From a virus: 64,000 nt of DNA. Location of the stretch: IMG/VR virus record IMGVR_UViG_3300027708_000025, positions 86,108-150,107 of that record, one strand, 5' to 3'. Under the pieces are notes generated by a model. It saw only the letters and a program-made list of their open reading frames with translations, did not search any database and was not told the DNA's origin. The translations under genes and the position numbers were made by a program. Below, piece after piece: positions 26,839 to 35,680 of this stretch; positions within the stretch are counted from its first letter, which is position 1; each line of letters begins with the position of its first letter.

Positions 26839-27747
26839 TTATTTCTTGAGTGTTCTAGAAATATTTTGTACATAGTGGTTCATTACTGGAGTGAATGATT
26901 CTTCAATAGTAGAAACATCATCGTCCATTGGAGCCGCTTTTTTAACTGTATCTTGTGAAGATTCATCAAAATATTTCTTTTTTGTTAAAAGAAGTTTTTC
27001 TTTGTAGTCTTGTTCTGAAACGAATTCAATTCCTTCTGCAAGAGATTTTAATTTTGCAAATTGAACTTCGCTAAGGCCTTCTGAAACTTCGCTAACAATG
27101 TGTTCTTTTTTGAAGATATTGATTTGTGAATTCAAGTTTGCAACTTCAGTAACTGCTTTGTCTAGTTCAGATTCAAGTGTTTCAACTTGTTCTGCAAATT
27201 CCTCAACAACATTTACTTTGTCTTCTGGAATGTCAACATAATGCTCTGTGAATAGGTTCTTTAAACCAATCATAAAATCTTCAGCTAATTCAGCCTTGAT
27301 ACCCTTTTCGATAGCAAGTTTGTTTTCTTCCATCCACTCAGTAACGACATACTCAAGGTATTCGTCAACTTTTGTAACCAAATTTTCGTTGATAGATGCA
27401 ACTTCTGTTTCTAATTTTTCTGCATATTCTTCTTCTAATGCAGTTGTTGCTTCTTCTACTTTAGCAAAAATAGCCGCTTCAAAAATAGCTTTAGCATTAT
27501 TTTTAAATTCTTCAGAAAGAGATTCACCAGAGAAAATAGCATCAATGTCTTCTTTTACTTTTGCTTGTTTTTTCTCTTTCATCATTTTTTCTTTTTCGTC
27601 TTCTTTTTCATCCGCCGCTTTTCCTTTTGGTTCATCGGCATCATCATCTTTCATTTCTTTAGCTTTTTTCTTTTCGATGGCCGCTTTTAACGCAGGTGGA
27701 AGTTCTCCTTCCAACAATTCATCATCCTTGTTATTTACATCAGTCAT
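26839..27747 (-). CDS. gp22: Prohead core scaffold protein
   Basis: LSEEFK..A..IFEAA, VD.YL.YV..EW..EN and LF.EHY motifs. Confidence 0.94.
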   Translation of the reverse strand: MTDVNNKDDELLEGELPPALKAAIEKKKAKEMKDDDADEPKGKAADEKEDEKEKMMKEKKQAKVKEDIDAIFSGESLSEEFKNNAKAIFEAAIFAKVEEATTALEEEYAEKLETEVASINENLVTKVDEYLEYVVTEWMEENKLAIEKGIKAELAEDFMIGLKNLFTEHYVDIPEDKVNVVEEFAEQVETLESELDKAVTEVANLNSQINIFKKEHIVSEVSEGLSEVQFAKLKSLAEGIEFVSEQDYKEKLLLTKKKYFDESSQDTVKKAAPMDDDVSTIEESFTPVMNHYVQNISRTLKK

Positions 27748-27789
27748 AATAGGTCTCCTTTATACGATATTTAAAATTATTAGTATATG

Positions 27790-27797
27790 TATTTATA
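27790..27797 (-). promoter_or_regulatory. T4-type late promoter
   Basis: TATAAATA upstream of gp22. Confidence 0.82.
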
Positions 27798-27802
27798 CAA
27801 AA

Positions 27803-28453
27803 TTATAGCTTGGAGAGGAAATCTTTAAACACTTTTATCATGTTTTCTTCCAAGTCTTTCTTAGAAGACTTCTGAATGACTTGTCTCTGTGTTGAAATGT
27901 CGGCTTCTCTAATGATTCCGTTATCCCAAACCCATGCTTTATTTTCCATAATACCACGTACATATGCATCTGGTGCTGAAGGATCGGCTACGATATCTGC
28001 ACATGTTGCGAGATAAAAATCGTTACCAACAACTTTAGTTCCATCTTTTCCTTCTACGAGACTACCTAAGCCTCTTGTAGATACGCCTAGCGTTGCGCCT
28101 TCAGTCATTAAATTCTTTACGATGTTACCGTATGGTGTTTCCATAATCTTTGCTTTACCGATGAAGTTGTTTCCATCTTGACGCAAACTCTTAGTAATGT
28201 GTGACACACGTTCTAAATTGATAGTTGGACCATCTGGATGCCCTAACTCACCATAAGCACGATTCTTCATTACACTTTCAGTAACATATCGATCTGTTTC
28301 TTTTTGCAAAACTGCTAATGGATACATTCTTCCATTACGATTCTTTTGTTCTGCTTGCATGAAGATACCTTCAATGTAGAAACTTCTACCGCCAGCTTCG
28401 TTTGCTTCAGTAATGATATTTACTTGCTCATTAATTTCTGTGATTAGTTTCAT
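27803..28453 (-). CDS. gp21: Prohead protease
   Basis: NRNGRMY, GELGHP, GVSTRGLGS and DIVADPSAPDA motifs. Confidence 0.97.
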   Translation of the reverse strand: MKLITEINEQVNIITEANEAGGRSFYIEGIFMQAEQKNRNGRMYPLAVLQKETDRYVTESVMKNRAYGELGHPDGPTINLERVSHITKSLRQDGNNFIGKAKIMETPYGNIVKNLMTEGATLGVSTRGLGSLVEGKDGTKVVGNDFYLATCADIVADPSAPDAYVRGIMENKAWVWDNGIIREADISTQRQVIQKSSKKDLEENMIKVFKDFLSKL

Positions 28454-28740
28454 TTTAGTCCTGCCGATGTTCTTTTTCTAAGTGACCTTGTTCTTTTGCG
28501 TAGAATCAAAGCAAGTTTTGGTGCACGTTTTCTAGCCGCTTTGCGTTGTGCCATTTTACGATGCATTTTTTCTTGTGAAGACATTCTTACAAGTTTGCCT
28601 CCTAAGACTTTATATCCAGGTGTTGCTGATACAATTTTTCTGCGCTGAACAATTCCAGCACGTACTCTATTGACTTTAACAAGCCTAGCTTCGTCTACCT
28701 GTTCGTCAGACAAAGATATAAAATCTTTAAATTTTAACAT
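28450..28740 (-). CDS. gp68: Basic prohead core protein (gp68-like)
   Basis: Very Arg/Lys-rich; immediately upstream of gp21. Confidence 0.65.
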   Translation of the reverse strand: MLKFKDFISLSDEQVDEARLVKVNRVRAGIVQRRKIVSATPGYKVLGGKLVRMSSQEKMHRKMAQRKAARKRAPKLALILRKRTRSLRKRTSAGLK

Positions 28741-29207
28741 TACGTCTGACCGTCATCCGTAGTTTCACGACTAGAATATCCAGCAGTTTTCTTACCTTCA
28801 AGAACTAATGTATATGCGGCATTAGCAGTAAATCCAGTAGTAGATAATAGAATGCTACCTGCTGTGTTTGGCGCATTGTTTGTGAATGGTGCTTGCAAGT
28901 TTACTGTTAAATCTACAATACCAGAACCACTTAAAGTTGCAATAGTTGTATTTGCGCCACCATTAATTGAGTTAGCCCAAAATAAAGTAACTCTAGGATC
29001 CATAGTGGATGACGTTCCTTTTGATACATTCCAAAATAATTTTGTGATTGATAACCGTGTGCTACCATCACCATTAGATGCAATTAAAGTATTTGCATTA
29101 ACTTTAGTTATGTTAGTTTCACCAGTGCCATCAGAAATGTTTGTTAACTTAACCGCCCATGCTGATGCATGATCTTTTAGCGTTTGTGAGGTTACGGTAT
29201 CTGCCAT
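28740..29207 (-). CDS. Hypothetical virion structural protein
   Basis: Beta-rich 155-aa ORF within the head operon, coupled to its neighbours. Confidence 0.7.
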   Translation of the reverse strand: MADTVTSQTLKDHASAWAVKLTNISDGTGETNITKVNANTLIASNGDGSTRLSITKLFWNVSKGTSSTMDPRVTLFWANSINGGANTTIATLSGSGIVDLTVNLQAPFTNNAPNTAGSILLSTTGFTANAAYTLVLEGKKTAGYSSRETTDDGQT

Positions 29208-29208
29208 T

Positions 29209-29715
29209 TTATTCTTTCGCTATAGTTTTTGCAAATGCTAAAAGTACTTCAGCATCTTCTTCCAACTGATTCAAAAAGATTTCTTGATTGCTTTCGTCTA
29301 ACTGATCGTAAAGATTAGAGAGTAAATCAACATCTTCGTTTTTCAAAGCACCACGTGCCTGTGCGGCTTTAAGCATTGCAACTCTATCTTTGTATCCAGC
29401 AACACCAGGTTTGATATCTTTAGCGGCTTTCTTTTCAGCGGCATTTGGATTACTAATGTGTTTCATTGTAGTCTTAGACTGATGACTATCAACTTCACCA
29501 AATGGTTGCTTGTTGTCGAGTCTATCAGCAGGACGTTTGCCAGAACCTTTTTTAGTGTCGTGTGGTCCGATTTCTTCAGGTCCGACTTTTTCTAAATCTC
29601 CAGGGTCTTTAGTTTGAGCAAGATATGACACGGCTGCCATTTTATTGGCAATAGCATCTTTGTACTTTACTCTTTCTATTTCATCCAACTGGATAAAACT
29701 TTTAAAGTTCTTCAT
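29209..29715 (-). CDS. Hypothetical prohead/internal head protein
   Basis: MKNFKSFI start, charged composition, L-x-E sites resembling gp21 cleavage sites. Confidence 0.65.
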   Translation of the reverse strand: MKNFKSFIQLDEIERVKYKDAIANKMAAVSYLAQTKDPGDLEKVGPEEIGPHDTKKGSGKRPADRLDNKQPFGEVDSHQSKTTMKHISNPNAAEKKAAKDIKPGVAGYKDRVAMLKAAQARGALKNEDVDLLSNLYDQLDESNQEIFLNQLEEDAEVLLAFAKTIAKE

Positions 29716-29923
29716 CTACATTTCCTTCTGAACTGGATTGAAATTCCTCTTCACCAGATGCGACTTCTTCTTCGCTATCTTTAAAAATAGACCCTGCCAA
29801 TTCCATTCTTTTAACTTCAATATGATCCTGTATCTTGTCGTTTAGTGCGTCAAGAATTGAGTTTTTAAACTCGGCCGGTTTTGCATCATATGCGTGTTGA
29901 ATTGCTGTCTGTACATTTTCCAT
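29702..29923 (-). CDS. gp67: Acidic prohead core protein (gp67-like)
   Basis: Small acidic protein in the head cluster with its own late promoter. Confidence 0.6.
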   Translation of the reverse strand: MENVQTAIQHAYDAKPAEFKNSILDALNDKIQDHIEVKRMELAGSIFKDSEEEVASGEEEFQSSSEGNVDEEL

Positions 29924-29950
29924 ATTATATTTCCTTTTTGTCTGTTAACT

Positions 29951-29958
29951 TATTTATA
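29951..29958 (-). promoter_or_regulatory. T4-type late promoter
   Basis: TATAAATA upstream of the gp67-like gene. Confidence 0.8.
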
Positions 29959-29969
29959 CAATACCGTTT

Positions 29970-30932
29970 TTAAGCATTGTAATATGGCATCAAGTAATCT
30001 CTTCCATCTATATTTATGGACATAAATCCTGCCGGATTATTTGGTAAAGTTGCGCTTCCTGATGTTGCAGTTTCTGAAAGGGTACTTGATGGATTAACCC
30101 TAATACCTCCAGCAATAACTGTAGCATCGTTTCCGCCAATCTTAGAAATATTATCATCTTTAAAGACAAGCAACCTATGAATATTGTCTATGAATCCAGC
30201 AGTACCAAAGTTAACAGTTGTTGCTATACTCAACGGCTTGATAATAAATTTAACGCTTGGATTTGGTATTACTAAAGTAGATGTAATTGATGGGAATGGA
30301 ACATCTTTAATTCCCATATTAATCTTTGACGTACCAAATGCAAGCGCAGATTCATATGAATTAGGATATAATATATAATTTAATTTTGATGTTCCAAAAC
30401 TATTCTGTATTGTAACAGACTGTGGTGCAATCAATGGCACAATAGAAGGGGTGCCAAAACTTAATGCAGAATTTACAGAATTTACAGTTACAGTAAAGTT
30501 TAAATTCTCAGAACCAAATGCTAATGTAGATACTACACTTTGTGCATAAATTATTGTATTTAATTGTGATGAACCAAATGCAAGTGTAGATTCGCCTGAA
30601 TTTGGATGTATCTGAACAAATAGATTGTTTACGCCAAAAGAAAGTCCACTTGCAATAGAACGGTCAAAGGCATCAGTTAATTGCTGAATTGTATTTGACT
30701 GATATACTTGAATTTCTGCGTTTTCAATACCAAATAAAGTATCAGAAAGATATAAATTCTGTCTAACATTTACATATACATAATGCGTGTCTGGAAACAC
30801 CACCGTAGAGTCAATTGCTCTATCGTTGGTGTCTATGAATTGTATTATCGGTGTGTCTTGAAGTGCTGATAAAAATGTACTAGCAAATTCTGATAATGCA
30901 ACATCTAAGACAATCACTTGATCCATAATCAA
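29970..30932 (-). CDS. Hypothetical structural protein with ~22-aa S-x-L-A-F-G repeats
   Basis: ESTLAFGSSQLN, VSTLAFGSENLN, NSALSFGTP, NSFGTSKLN, ESALAFGTSKIN. Confidence 0.7.
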   Translation of the reverse strand: MIMDQVIVLDVALSEFASTFLSALQDTPIIQFIDTNDRAIDSTVVFPDTHYVYVNVRQNLYLSDTLFGIENAEIQVYQSNTIQQLTDAFDRSIASGLSFGVNNLFVQIHPNSGESTLAFGSSQLNTIIYAQSVVSTLAFGSENLNFTVTVNSVNSALSFGTPSIVPLIAPQSVTIQNSFGTSKLNYILYPNSYESALAFGTSKINMGIKDVPFPSITSTLVIPNPSVKFIIKPLSIATTVNFGTAGFIDNIHRLLVFKDDNISKIGGNDATVIAGGIRVNPSSTLSETATSGSATLPNNPAGFMSINIDGRDYLMPYYNA

Positions 30933-30959
30933 GGTTTCTTTATTTTTTAATTAATTATT

Positions 30960-31361
30960 TTAAAGTGCAAATATTCTACTTGCGCCAGAAGAGAATACAA
31001 CTGTAATATCACCGCCGTTAGGAAGAATTGGCAAACCAGTTGCGCTATCAATATAAGCAATCAATCTGGAAGTAGATTGTACTCCAGTATCTTGAAATAT
31101 CAATAATGCTTCACAATTTGCACCAGTAACGGATGTGAATGTTGCGTCATCTGCGTCAAAAACTCCGTTGGTAACAGTTTTATTAGCTAATGTTGTACTT
31201 GATATTACAGCACTATTTGAAACATCACTACGATATTGATGTGATGTGCTATAAGTGTATACTCCAGTGTCAACAAGCGCAATAGTAATTGTATTTGCAC
31301 TCATGTTGATATGAGCATTAATGAATGATTCTTTTGCTTTTGGGTACAATGCGTTTGCCAT
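30960..31361 (-). CDS. Hypothetical structural protein (fibre/tail-associated)
   Basis: MANALY..., VFDADD.TF and PNGGDITV motifs; AGGAG SD; late promoter upstream. Confidence 0.75.
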   Translation of the reverse strand: MANALYPKAKESFINAHINMSANTITIALVDTGVYTYSTSHQYRSDVSNSAVISSTTLANKTVTNGVFDADDATFTSVTGANCEALLIFQDTGVQSTSRLIAYIDSATGLPILPNGGDITVVFSSGASRIFAL

Positions 31362-31383
31362 AAAATTCTCCTTAATTTTTACT

Positions 31384-31391
31384 TATTTATA
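31384..31391 (-). promoter_or_regulatory. T4-type late promoter
   Basis: TATAAATA overlapping the stop of the collagen-like gene. Confidence 0.75.
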
Positions 31392-33303
31392 ATACGATTG
31401 GTGTTCCGATTTTTATAAATGCTTTTGTTGCCGATATAGCGTATCCAAGTTTCAATGAAAATGATGCACCATTGATTGTTGATGTTGCCACAATATTACC
31501 ATTACTTCCAAGATATAAAGATTGTTCTGCTGTCCAAGTCCACGATGGATTAGTTATTGAACCAAAAGTTACTGTCTCTCCTGAAACGTCCAAAACTCCT
31601 AAAACTTTATCTACTTGTGCTATATCTAATGCTGAAGCCAAAACAGTATTGGCTGTAGAATTCAAAGCAACAACTTTATACGCATCACCGGTACTATTGC
31701 TAAATTTAACATTTAATGATTCTGTTGCACCTCCAGCTGTAACTGCTGTATTAGACGAATTGCTAATCGCATTTGCAGTTAAGGTGCCACCGGTGGTAGA
31801 TACCGTACCTATAGTTCCTGTAGGCGACACAACAACACCTGTTGGGTTTGGATTTTCTACAGTTGGCTGCGGAATTATTGCAATTGCTCCGGTAACAACA
31901 TCTGCTTTAATTGAAGCACCACCTAAATTAATACTGCTTCCACTTAAATATAAATCTCTGAATCTAGAAGTTGGCGCTCCTAAATCATATGTGATGTTTG
32001 CTGAAGGAATAACATGTTGAACTATTGTATTTCCTGCTACAGTTAATCCAACAAAAGAAACTGTGTTTGATGTATTAAGATTTTGGTCATATCCAACTCC
32101 TCCACCTCCAGTATTTGCTTGTGCAAACGCAGATTGTGCAATGCTAAGTGCTGAGTTTGCTGTAGAAAATGAACTATTTGCAATAGAACGTGCAAGATTA
32201 TCTGTGCCAGCGGCACCACCAGTATTGGCTTTTGCAAATGCTGACTGTGCAATACTTAATGCAGAATTTGATTGTGTGTATGAATTATTTGAGGTAGAGA
32301 ATGCGCTGTTGGCTTGTGAATATGCTAAGTTTGCTGTGTACCAAGCGGATGTTGATCTTGTTCTTGCTACGGTATCTACGGTACCTCCACCGCCACCAGA
32401 TTGTTCTACGAATACAAACTTCTGTGATGCTTGATTGTAAGATAAAACATAACCATCTGTGATACTATCTCTATCAACGTCATCCAAGTATCTTAAATTG
32501 ACTTCACCAGAACCAGTTGAACCTCCGTGCTGTCCACCAGATTTAATAATTACTGCATTGACTCTTGTTTTAAATGCGTTAACATCTCTCTGAACATTAT
32601 CAATAAACTTTTGAAACTTCTCTTCAACAGGTTTTATGTCTCCGTCTTTACCATCCTTACCTGCAATGCCTTGAACGCCCTGTGGTCCAATTTCACCTTG
32701 TGATCCTGTTGGTCCTGCGAGTCCTTGTTGTCCGTCTTTTCCTCGTTCGCCTTTGTCGCCCTTAAGTCCTCGTTCACCTTGAATTCCTTGCGGACCAACT
32801 GGTCCAATCGGACCAACTGCGCCTGTTTGTCCATCTCTTCCGTCCAGACCATTTTTTCCATCTGCGCCCCTATCACCTTTCTCGCCTTTGTCGCCACGAT
32901 CACCAGTAATACCTTGTATGCCTTGTTCACCTTGAAGACCAACATCACCTTGTTCGCCCTTGTCTCCCTTATCACCTTTTAATCCACGTGGTCCATCATG
33001 CCCCATGTTTCCTTGGGGTCCAACTTCGCCTTTATCACCACGCTCACCCGCATCTCCCTTATCTCCTTTGTCACCCTTAGAACCTTGTGCGCCAGTTGCG
33101 CCAAGAGATCCACGTGGACCAACAGGACCAGGAACTTGTTCAACGATTACTTCTGTTGTTTTCTTTTCTAAAAGAGATACTAACTCTGTTTTAAGTTTTT
33201 GTATCTCTTGTCTTGTATATGCTACAGACGTTGCAACAGAAACCGCTTCGCTGAGAGTAGTGCTAAGATTAGTTTCCTTCTTTGTCACCTTTAGCCTCTT
33301 CAA
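31387..33303 (-). CDS. Collagen-like fibre protein (start uncertain, possibly GTG 33288)
   Basis: About 55 uninterrupted Gly-X-Y triplets, heptad-like A/S/N repeats, beta-rich C-terminal domain. Confidence 0.9.
   Translation of the reverse strand: MKRLKVTKKETNLSTTLSEAVSVATSVAYTRQEIQKLKTELVSLLEKKTTEVIVEQVPGPVGPRGSLGATGAQGSKGDKGDKGDAGERGDKGEVGPQGNMGHDGPRGLKGDKGDKGEQGDVGLQGEQGIQGITGDRGDKGEKGDRGADGKNGLDGRDGQTGAVGPIGPVGPQGIQGERGLKGDKGERGKDGQQGLAGPTGSQGEIGPQGVQGIAGKDGKDGDIKPVEEKFQKFIDNVQRDVNAFKTRVNAVIIKSGGQHGGSTGSGEVNLRYLDDVDRDSITDGYVLSYNQASQKFVFVEQSGGGGGTVDTVARTRSTSAWYTANLAYSQANSAFSTSNNSYTQSNSALSIAQSAFAKANTGGAAGTDNLARSIANSSFSTANSALSIAQSAFAQANTGGGGVGYDQNLNTSNTVSFVGLTVAGNTIVQHVIPSANITYDLGAPTSRFRDLYLSGSSINLGGASIKADVVTGAIAIIPQPTVENPNPTGVVVSPTGTIGTVSTTGGTLTANAISNSSNTAVTAGGATESLNVKFSNSTGDAYKVVALNSTANTVLASALDIAQVDKVLGVLDVSGETVTFGSITNPSWTWTAEQSLYLGSNGNIVATSTINGASFSLKLGYAISATKAFIKIGTPIVL
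32635..33129 (-). repeat. Gly-X-Y collagen repeat tract
   Basis: GPVGPR...GKDGKDGDI, 55 triplets counted by hand. Confidence 0.92.
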
Positions 33304-34930
33304 CTAATGTGCCAAAAAATGCAGTCATAGATTTAGCTAATTCTTTTTGATCCGCATCATCAATTTCTCTTGCGGCTTCTTCTTTTTTTACGCTAACAAC
33401 AAGTTGTTGTGGTGGCGGCGCAGGTGGTGGAGAAGGTGGCAATTCTTCTGAAGACATACCATCTTCATCCATATTTGCCTTGTCTTCTTCCATCTCTTCA
33501 TCCATTTGCTTAATATCATCTTCACTCTGATGTAGAATGTTTGTTCTGATATATTTTACAGAGAAGTATTTACCAACATATCCATCAATGTCAGAAAGAA
33601 TGCCTAAACGTTCTTTCATAATTTCAACGTTCTTTAGTTCTGCAAAATGTGCGTCTGATTGATAGTCATAACTAATTTCTTCTTTCATTTGATCCCATTC
33701 TTTACGGGTACAAACGCCTTTAAGAAGAAGCTGTGTCTCAAGCATTTTATCAAATAGGATAGAGAATCTTAAACGCAAACGTGAAATGAATTTACCAAAT
33801 TTCAATTCATCTCTAGTAATTTCTGAAGCACGTCCTAAAGAGAATCCTGTGTCGGCCTCTAAACGTGAAACTGGAACATTCAATGACTTAAACATTTTCT
33901 TTTGAAAGTACAATACGTCATCAATCTCTCCAAGATTCTGGCCACCTGATAGTGTAGTAATCTCTGTACCTTTACCACCTTCTCTACGTGGCAACCAAAA
34001 GTCTTCAAGCATTGTCTGATAGCGTCTATCGTCACGAATCTCACCAGTGTTTGCATCATACACTAGTTTGTTTTTATACTTCTGCATGATTTCACGTAAG
34101 TATTGCTCTGCCTTCATCTTAGGCAAGTTACCTACGTCAATGTAAAAGATTCTACGTTCTGGTGCTCTTGAAATACGATAGATAACTGTCGCATCTTCAA
34201 GCATACGTAATTGATTGAGTGGTTTGATTGCTTTGTGTAGATGTGAAACAATAATCTTACCATCTTTGTCTGAGATGCCAGAGTTTGCATAGCAAATTGC
34301 ATCTACTGCAATCTTAATGCCCTGTGCGCCATCTCTAGAAAAACCTTTATCTGAATAGATAAAATATTCATGGAATTTTTGTGTCGTGTTTGCTATTCCT
34401 GGATTATTAGGTTGTTTCTTATCTTCACGCACTTTACGAATTTTACGTGGGTCAATGTAACGAACTTCTTTTAATCCTGCTCTAGGATTTTTATCGTCAA
34501 TCAACATGTGATAGTACAAACGTCCATCAACATACCATCTACGGAAAATATCGTAGCCTTGATTGTTGAAGTCAAGTAGTTTCATTATGTAATAGAACTC
34601 ATCACGAATCTTTTTCTTGATTGATTCGGGTTGCTGGAGTTTATCTAAAATAATTTGAACTGGATAATCACCATCTTCAAAGACTAGTGCTTCGTTAACA
34701 ATGTCTTCAATTGCGGCATCGCATTCTGGTTGAAGTGCCATCTCACGATATTTTTTAATTAAATCGGCATCGCTTCTAATCTGACCTTCAAGGTCCATGT
34801 ATGTTCCATATACACCACCACCAGAAATTGATACTGCCGCATCATCATCGGTAGGTGTGACAAACGATTTTAACTGTTCTGATTCAACATCATCCTTACC
34901 AATTTTATATCCAAAAAGTTTTATCGCCAT
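33269..34930 (-). CDS. gp20: Portal vertex protein
   Basis: FRRWYVDGR, YIDPRKI, NQLRMLEDA.VIYRISRAPERRIFYIDVGN and EDFWLPRREGG motifs. Confidence 0.98.
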   Translation of the reverse strand: MAIKLFGYKIGKDDVESEQLKSFVTPTDDDAAVSISGGGVYGTYMDLEGQIRSDADLIKKYREMALQPECDAAIEDIVNEALVFEDGDYPVQIILDKLQQPESIKKKIRDEFYYIMKLLDFNNQGYDIFRRWYVDGRLYYHMLIDDKNPRAGLKEVRYIDPRKIRKVREDKKQPNNPGIANTTQKFHEYFIYSDKGFSRDGAQGIKIAVDAICYANSGISDKDGKIIVSHLHKAIKPLNQLRMLEDATVIYRISRAPERRIFYIDVGNLPKMKAEQYLREIMQKYKNKLVYDANTGEIRDDRRYQTMLEDFWLPRREGGKGTEITTLSGGQNLGEIDDVLYFQKKMFKSLNVPVSRLEADTGFSLGRASEITRDELKFGKFISRLRLRFSILFDKMLETQLLLKGVCTRKEWDQMKEEISYDYQSDAHFAELKNVEIMKERLGILSDIDGYVGKYFSVKYIRTNILHQSEDDIKQMDEEMEEDKANMDEDGMSSEELPPSPPPAPPPQQLVVSVKKEEAAREIDDADQKELAKSMTAFFGTLVEEAKGDKEGN

Positions 34931-34944
34931 ATTTGAGTCTCTCT

Positions 34945-34975
34945 AAAAAGAAATGGGGGCGTAATAGCCCCCATT
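34945..34975 (-). terminator. Intrinsic terminator between tail-tube genes and portal
   Basis: AATGGGGGC-TATTAC-GCCCCCATT followed by TCTTTTT. Confidence 0.8.
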
Positions 34976-34976
34976 A

Positions 34977-35005
34977 TTGACAACTATTACGCAATTATTT
35001 ATGTT
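34977..35005 (+). promoter_or_regulatory. Candidate antisense sigma70-type promoter
   Basis: Plus strand TTGACA-17 bp-TATGTT. Confidence 0.4.
34996..35003 (-). promoter_or_regulatory. Variant late promoter CATAAATA in the loop of an 8-bp inverted repeat
   Basis: TTACGCAA-CATAAATAA-TTGCGTAA; the same CATAAATA variant precedes gp3 (25374) and gp19 (36234). Confidence 0.6.
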
Positions 35006-35031
35006 GCGTAAAATTCATTATTTAAGTCTTT

Positions 35032-35670
35032 TTATACTTTGGCTGGCGTTTTGGCAGCCGTTGTGCCTTTTACATTACTCGCTGAAGCCGCACTAGAAAC
35101 ACCAGCACTAGGTTCGCTGGCATTAGTACCGGATTCAGAAGTGCCACCAACATCCAAATAGTGATATTGGAAAGTAACAGTAAACTCTTGAACTGCATCT
35201 GTAGTATCGTAAGACAAATCAATAGCAGAAACATCAGTTGGAAATGCATCGTACAATTCATACACTCTAGAAACTGTGCCGTCTGGTCTCAATTGCTGAA
35301 CGGTAATCTTGCAACGATATGAATTTGTTCCGTCTCTTAGTGAATTCTCACCATTAACATCGATGATGCTGTTTAACCAATTATCAAAAGATTTACGAAC
35401 GTTTTGTGCGTCATCGTTAACAATTGTTGCTGTCCAATCTGCATATGTTCTATCTCCAGGAACTTTAATTCGTCTTCCTCTAAATGGAACTTCAATCACA
35501 CCCAATGTAAATGCTGGAATTGCACCAGACTTACATAGGATGGAAAGATTGCTTAAGTCAACGCCAGCTATATTTTCTTCCGGTTCAATTTGAATTCGGA
35601 ATAAATTTGCTTTTGAACCGCCATTTAGTTTTGATCTAAATGTATTGATATTGAAAAATTCGTTTGCCAT
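35032..35670 (-). CDS. gp19: Tail tube protein, paralogue 2 (low-complexity C-terminal tail)
   Basis: IEVPFRGRRIKVPGDRTYADWT.TI.ND, FPT.VSAIDLSYD and EFTVTFQY motifs. Confidence 0.92.
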   Translation of the reverse strand: MANEFFNINTFRSKLNGGSKANLFRIQIEPEENIAGVDLSNLSILCKSGAIPAFTLGVIEVPFRGRRIKVPGDRTYADWTATIVNDDAQNVRKSFDNWLNSIIDVNGENSLRDGTNSYRCKITVQQLRPDGTVSRVYELYDAFPTDVSAIDLSYDTTDAVQEFTVTFQYHYLDVGGTSESGTNASEPSAGVSSAASASNVKGTTAAKTPAKV

Positions 35671-35680
35671 TTTTTATTCC

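Noticed and set aside
32635-33129. Periodic repeats as a CRISPR array
   Set aside because: The periodicity is 9-nt Gly-X-Y coding; there is no repeat-spacer structure. The same holds for the ccacc runs in the Gly-rich genes.
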